IMG/VR virus record: IMGVR_UViG_3300028871_000005
DNA from: a virus
Reading direction: 5' to 3' (one strand)
DNA length: 46,842 nucleotides
In this document: in pieces, positions 43,402 through 46,842 of the stretch
How the letters are laid out: the number at the start of each line of letters is the position of its first letter
How positions within the stretch are numbered: position 1 is the stretch's first letter
Notes under the pieces: generated by a model
Seen by the model: the letters and a program-made list of their open reading frames with translations, nothing else
The model's database searches: none
What the model was told of the DNA's origin: nothing
Program-made: the position numbers and the translations under genes

Positions 43402-45194
43402 TAGTTAGCTCCCTTATTCACGTCGCGGTTGATTCGGGCGACGTAGCCGGGGGCTTTGAAAGAAGCCATCCAGCCATTCGGGTCGCCGGTATAGGTGGTA
43501 ATGGGCCGACCGGTGGACATGTCGGTGTGCGCCATCAGGCGACCGGCAGGCTGGCTTGCAGGGCTGCGTGCGGCTACCGCGGCATCGGCGTAGATCTGAC
43601 CTTCGATGATCGCGAACGACGGCGCATCCAGTGAGTCCAGACGAACGTCCTTGGCGGACTCGCTGTGCTTCTGGAACTTCGCCGCCAGACGCTTGCGATA
43701 GCCGATCGGGCTTTCGTCATACAGCGGGGCGCTGACGCTGTCACCGAACATCTGGGCGACGCTGTCGGCACGCAGCTGCGCACGGCTCAGCGCGTCACGG
43801 TCTTCATTCGTCCGCGGCTTGGTGAGGCTGGCAACGCTATTGCGTACCTGTTCGAGATCGGCGCGCAGCTTGGCATTGTCGGCACGCAAAGCGGAGTCGG
43901 CACGTTCGGCCTTTTCCTCTTTCTCGCCCTCCTTCACCGCCTCCTTTTCGTCTTTTTCTTCCTTCTTGCCGTCTTTCTCGGCCTCTTCCTTGGAGTCCTT
44001 ACGCTCGTCCTTGTCGGAGTCCTTGCGATCGGCCTTTTTCTCGCTTTTCTCGTCTTTCTCTTCGTCCTTTTTGGACTCGGAATCCTTACGATCCAGCATC
44101 TCGCCGTCGTCGTCCTTGCGAGCGTCTTTCTTCTCGTCCTTCTTGGCTTCCATCGCGTCCATACGGGCGCAAAGAGCATCAAATCGCTCGGTGGAATCCT
44201 TACGCATTGCGTCCGCCCAGGCCGGGGCCTGATCTTCAGTTGCCATGTTTGTATCCTCTTGAATGTTGACGCCGTTAGGCGCGCCGCCCTTGTCCCATAC
44301 ACCCGCTGGGCAAATCGCCAGATGGTCGAGATAGGACGGTTTACCTTCGATTAAAACCGTCTTCCCATCCTCTAAACGGATGGTTTCAGTTGAACCGGCG
44401 TCACGAAACACAACGGCCGGGCTTGTCGATATGTGCGAGGTCAGCATCAGCTGCGCCGCGTCCGTATCAAACACTTTGGCGATGCCGCGAACCTCATCGC
44501 CCTGGATGTAGCACTGGATCATCGTGCCAATGGCACGGTCCCGATATTCTTCGGTGTTGAGGATCGAATCTGGAGGATGCTCGAAGATCAGCGGCAACCC
44601 GTTGCATCTCTCCACATAGTCGTCGGTCAGAAACTCGGACACCGGCCGACTGACGTATTCATCCAGTGCGGATCGGAAACTGGTTCCCGTACCAGTCACC
44701 CGAAGATCGAACATCCAGATGTTTTCGTACTTCTGCGGACTCAGCAGCTCGTCGGCGCGTATCGCCTTGGCGATGTCGAGTTCATGCCCGGAGGCGAGCT
44801 CAATCGACCGCCTGACTTCGGGATGCGTGTTCGCCGGCAGATCGGAAGGATGAAACCAGCCCGCAGCCAGTGATTCGTCATCCAGCACCGGCTCGAATAC
44901 CGGAACATCTTTGATGTAGCAGCTGAAACGAATGCCATCGGATAGCGAATTACGAAACGGCCACATCGGACCATCGGGAACCTGTCCGACTTCCTCTGTG
45001 CATTCTCGGATCGCGCAATCTTCGGGCGACTCGTCCGGCTCCTGATGTCCGCCAGGCTGGACCCACTGACCGTCGTCCTTGTTCTGGACGAGCAGGAACA
45101 GCGGGCCGCGGGAACGTAGCAGGATGCCGGCGCAAGCGATCGCATTAGCGTCGGCGAACTTCTCCCGATGCCTTGCTCGCGAACTGATGGACAT
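43401..45194 (-). CDS. Nudix hydrolase domain fused to a head scaffold / prohead-protease-like (DUF2213-like) protein
   Basis: One ORF holds all the parts. The Nudix box is GHQEPDESPEDCAIRECTEEVG. Next comes LPLIFEHPP...GDEVRGIAKVFD...YLDHLAICPAGVWD (DUF2213-like). Then a Lys/Glu/Asp-rich tract and a C-terminal domain. The start is probably MSISS (GGAAG upstream), but the ORF is open to 45239. Confidence 0.7.
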   Translation of the reverse strand: MSISSRARHREKFADANAIACAGILLRSRGPLFLLVQNKDDGQWVQPGGHQEPDESPEDCAIRECTEEVGQVPDGPMWPFRNSLSDGIRFSCYIKDVPVFEPVLDDESLAAGWFHPSDLPANTHPEVRRSIELASGHELDIAKAIRADELLSPQKYENIWMFDLRVTGTGTSFRSALDEYVSRPVSEFLTDDYVERCNGLPLIFEHPPDSILNTEEYRDRAIGTMIQCYIQGDEVRGIAKVFDTDAAQLMLTSHISTSPAVVFRDAGSTETIRLEDGKTVLIEGKPSYLDHLAICPAGVWDKGGAPNGVNIQEDTNMATEDQAPAWADAMRKDSTERFDALCARMDAMEAKKDEKKDARKDDDGEMLDRKDSESKKDEEKDEKSEKKADRKDSDKDERKDSKEEAEKDGKKEEKDEKEAVKEGEKEEKAERADSALRADNAKLRADLEQVRNSVASLTKPRTNEDRDALSRAQLRADSVAQMFGDSVSAPLYDESPIGYRKRLAAKFQKHSESAKDVRLDSLDAPSFAIIEGQIYADAAVAARSPASQPAGRLMAHTDMSTGRPITTYTGDPNGWMASFKAPGYVARINRDVNKGAN

Positions 45195-45285
45195 CGGCAC
45201 TTCCTGAATGGCATAGCGAAGCATCCGAGCCCAGCCCATCAGGCCGGTGCATAATCGGATTTCATTCGTATTGAGGGGACAATCA

Positions 45286-45651
45286 ATGAAACGTCTGGCG
45301 CTACTACTCGCGTTTCTGCCGGTTACAGCCTTGGCGCAAGACGATCAACGCACGCAACTGCCGATACCGCCGAGCTGCAGCGTGCAGGAGGCGATTAACT
45401 ACATGAACGCTCAACTGCCGCCGCTGCTCAACGAGCCTGAAACCGAGGCCGAACATATCGTCTCGATCAAGTCGTTCGCCGATCTACCGCGCACCAATGT
45501 GGAATGGCGAGATGCCACGCCAGGTCAGCACTACCAACTGAACTGCTCGATTGCAATCACCATGACCGGTGGGCAGGTGATCTATGGTCAGTTCAGGGCT
45601 CTAACGCAGGCTAACGGAACGATCACCGTAGGCTTCAAACCTTCGCGTTAA
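45286..45651 (+). CDS. Secreted small protein, opposite-strand moron in the head module
   Basis: MKRLALLLAFLPVTALA|QDD is a signal peptide. GAGGGG lies 8 nt upstream. It is the only plus-strand gene among the minus-strand structural genes. Confidence 0.65.
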   Translation: MKRLALLLAFLPVTALAQDDQRTQLPIPPSCSVQEAINYMNAQLPPLLNEPETEAEHIVSIKSFADLPRTNVEWRDATPGQHYQLNCSIAITMTGGQVIYGQFRALTQANGTITVGFKPSR

Positions 45652-46460
45652 GCCGCAATCCGCACCGCATCCAGTGCAGTCTTTCCAGATACCGTCAGCA
45701 TGTCGGCTGGAAGATCGCGCAGGTTGTAGATCCACACGTAGTAGCACCGGCAGAAAACTTCTTCACCCGGCGCCGTCTGTTCGTCGGTGTAGCCAGCACC
45801 CTTGTTGATCAGGCCTTTGTCAGCTGCCCAGCTGCCGCGCACGGCGAATACCTTGCCGTTGCGCTCCATATGGTCATGGCGGGCGTTGTACGTCTTGTCG
45901 ACCGATCCATGGTCACGCCACTTGCCGGCGATCGCGCCACCTTCCTTGGCGATCACGTCACTGATCGAGGCGACCAGCTTGTGGCCCTGGTCGATGATGC
46001 AGCGGCGCTCTTCGTACTTCGCCTGACGCAGGGACTTCGCCACGTCTGTTTTCACCGTCACGCGATCCACCACGCGCGAGCCGCCATCCGGAATGGACGT
46101 GGCCCAACCCGAGAACCGCTGCAGCGTCTTGTCGATGGCCTGTTCGCGATTCAGTTTGATCAGGTCAGCACTCGCCAGAACGCGGCGCGTCAGTTCAGCG
46201 CGTAGTTCAGGCTTGATCCGCTCCACCGTGAACCGCGGAATCTCCCGGTGGGTGCGTTTGACCGCCGCTGGCGAGATGGCCCGCTTGTAGACCGACTCCA
46301 AGGCCTGCTTGGTACGCGACTCGATCACCTTTGGCGTCGGCATCTCGGCCTGTGCCGTTTCCCGCAACCGCTTCAGCCAATGTGTCAGGCGAAGCGGGTC
46401 GTCAAAACCTTCCAGCGTGAAGCTGTTCACCGCCGCGGTCAGGGCCTCGTTGAAAGTCAT
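45648..46460 (-). CDS. Head morphogenesis protein (SPP1 gp7 / Mu F-like)
   Basis: 270 aa immediately after the portal (4-nt overlap). The C-terminal GEEVFCRCYYVW segment resembles the family's conserved end. Confidence 0.55.
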   Translation of the reverse strand: MTFNEALTAAVNSFTLEGFDDPLRLTHWLKRLRETAQAEMPTPKVIESRTKQALESVYKRAISPAAVKRTHREIPRFTVERIKPELRAELTRRVLASADLIKLNREQAIDKTLQRFSGWATSIPDGGSRVVDRVTVKTDVAKSLRQAKYEERRCIIDQGHKLVASISDVIAKEGGAIAGKWRDHGSVDKTYNARHDHMERNGKVFAVRGSWAADKGLINKGAGYTDEQTAPGEEVFCRCYYVWIYNLRDLPADMLTVSGKTALDAVRIAA

Positions 46461-46842
46461 TCGTGCGCACTCTCAACGATCGGCTCGCCAGGCTCTTTCA
46501 CTGGGTCAGGCGTCGGTGGCTCGTAGTTTTCGATCAGCTCAAGGTCGAGATTCAGCGGCGTGTCTTTCAGCATTGGCTGACCGTTCGCCACATCGGACAA
46601 CCAACCCGCGGCAGACGCGGCATTGACCGGATCGAGCCGCGGCAGCAACACCTCGAACAGCGCGATCGCGGACTTCATCACGATGTCGGATGTCTTGAAC
46701 TTCTCGCTGTCCGGCTCCGTCAGCAGGTTCGGCCATTCCGCCTTGAACGCGTTGCTCCAGTCCACCAGCGCGGTTTCGTAGGGAACGGCTTTGTACTGCT
46801 CGGGAAACTTTCGCTGGATGGACGCGTAGAACTCAGGGTTCC
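46457..46842 (-). CDS. Portal protein, C-terminal part (same ORF as 1..1199 after circularisation)
   Basis: The frame of ORF 46457..46765 stays open up to the window end. The sequence ...AWNPEFYASIQRKFPEQYKAVPYETALVDWSNAFK... reads continuously with the frame leaving base 1. Confidence 0.75.
   Translation of the reverse strand, partial: NPEFYASIQRKFPEQYKAVPYETALVDWSNAFKAEWPNLLTEPDSEKFKTSDIVMKSAIALFEVLLPRLDPVNAASAAGWLSDVANGQPMLKDTPLNLDLELIENYEPPTPDPVKEPGEPIVESAHE
46716..46842. repeat. Terminal direct repeat, copy 2
   Basis: Identical to 1-127. Removing one copy gives a 46,715 bp unit and restores one intact ORF across the junction. Confidence 0.95.

Noticed and set aside
41677-43404. 575-aa plus-strand ORF, the second-longest in the track
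   Set aside because: It lies exactly antisense to the major capsid and decoration genes. It is Arg/Gly/His-rich, has no SD and has no plausible domain. Long antisense ORFs like this are a typical artefact in high-GC coding DNA.
43665-44354. Plus-strand ORFs (229 aa and 137 aa) rich in Leu/Phe/Ser
   Set aside because: They are antisense readings of the Lys/Glu/Asp-rich scaffold tract, that is, low-complexity shadow ORFs.

Overview
This window is a complete temperate phage genome. Bases 1-127 are repeated exactly at 46716-46842, so the unit length is 46,715 bp. The portal gene is split across the window ends. The organisation is lambda-like. A divergent Cro-like/repressor switch sits at 13.9 kb with a repeated operator motif, ATTAGG-N5-CCTAAT. 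One long minus-strand transcription block runs from cro through a CII-like gene, replication, Dam methylase, a Nin-like region (phosphatase, YbcO, RusA), a Q-like antiterminator, lysis (lambda-R-type endolysin, overlapped spanins), terminase, portal, head, a sheath/tube-type tail, baseplate and fibers, wrapping through the window ends down to 26.8 kb. The plus-strand block holds the repressor plus a three-gene cassette in the rexAB position. A second operator-controlled early promoter then drives many small ORFs, a RecE/RecT/NinB recombination module, Lar, AlpA and a P4-type tyrosine integrase. I found no tRNA, rRNA, CRISPR array, reverse transcriptase or transposase. The items most worth follow-up are: (1) a canonical Nudix box fused to the N-terminus of the head scaffold/protease-like protein; (2) two early genes carrying perfectly phased hexanucleotide arrays that encode Tyr/Asp/Ala or Gly-Tyr/Gly-Asp dipeptide tracts with no synonymous variation; (3) the cassette after the repressor (signal-peptide protein, small ORF, DUF2335-like membrane protein); (4) an apparently AT-richer membrane-protein ORF antisense to the cro operon; (5) a secreted-protein moron inside the head module that looks like a paralog of the rex-position secreted protein. 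All family assignments come from reading motifs by eye. No database search was run.
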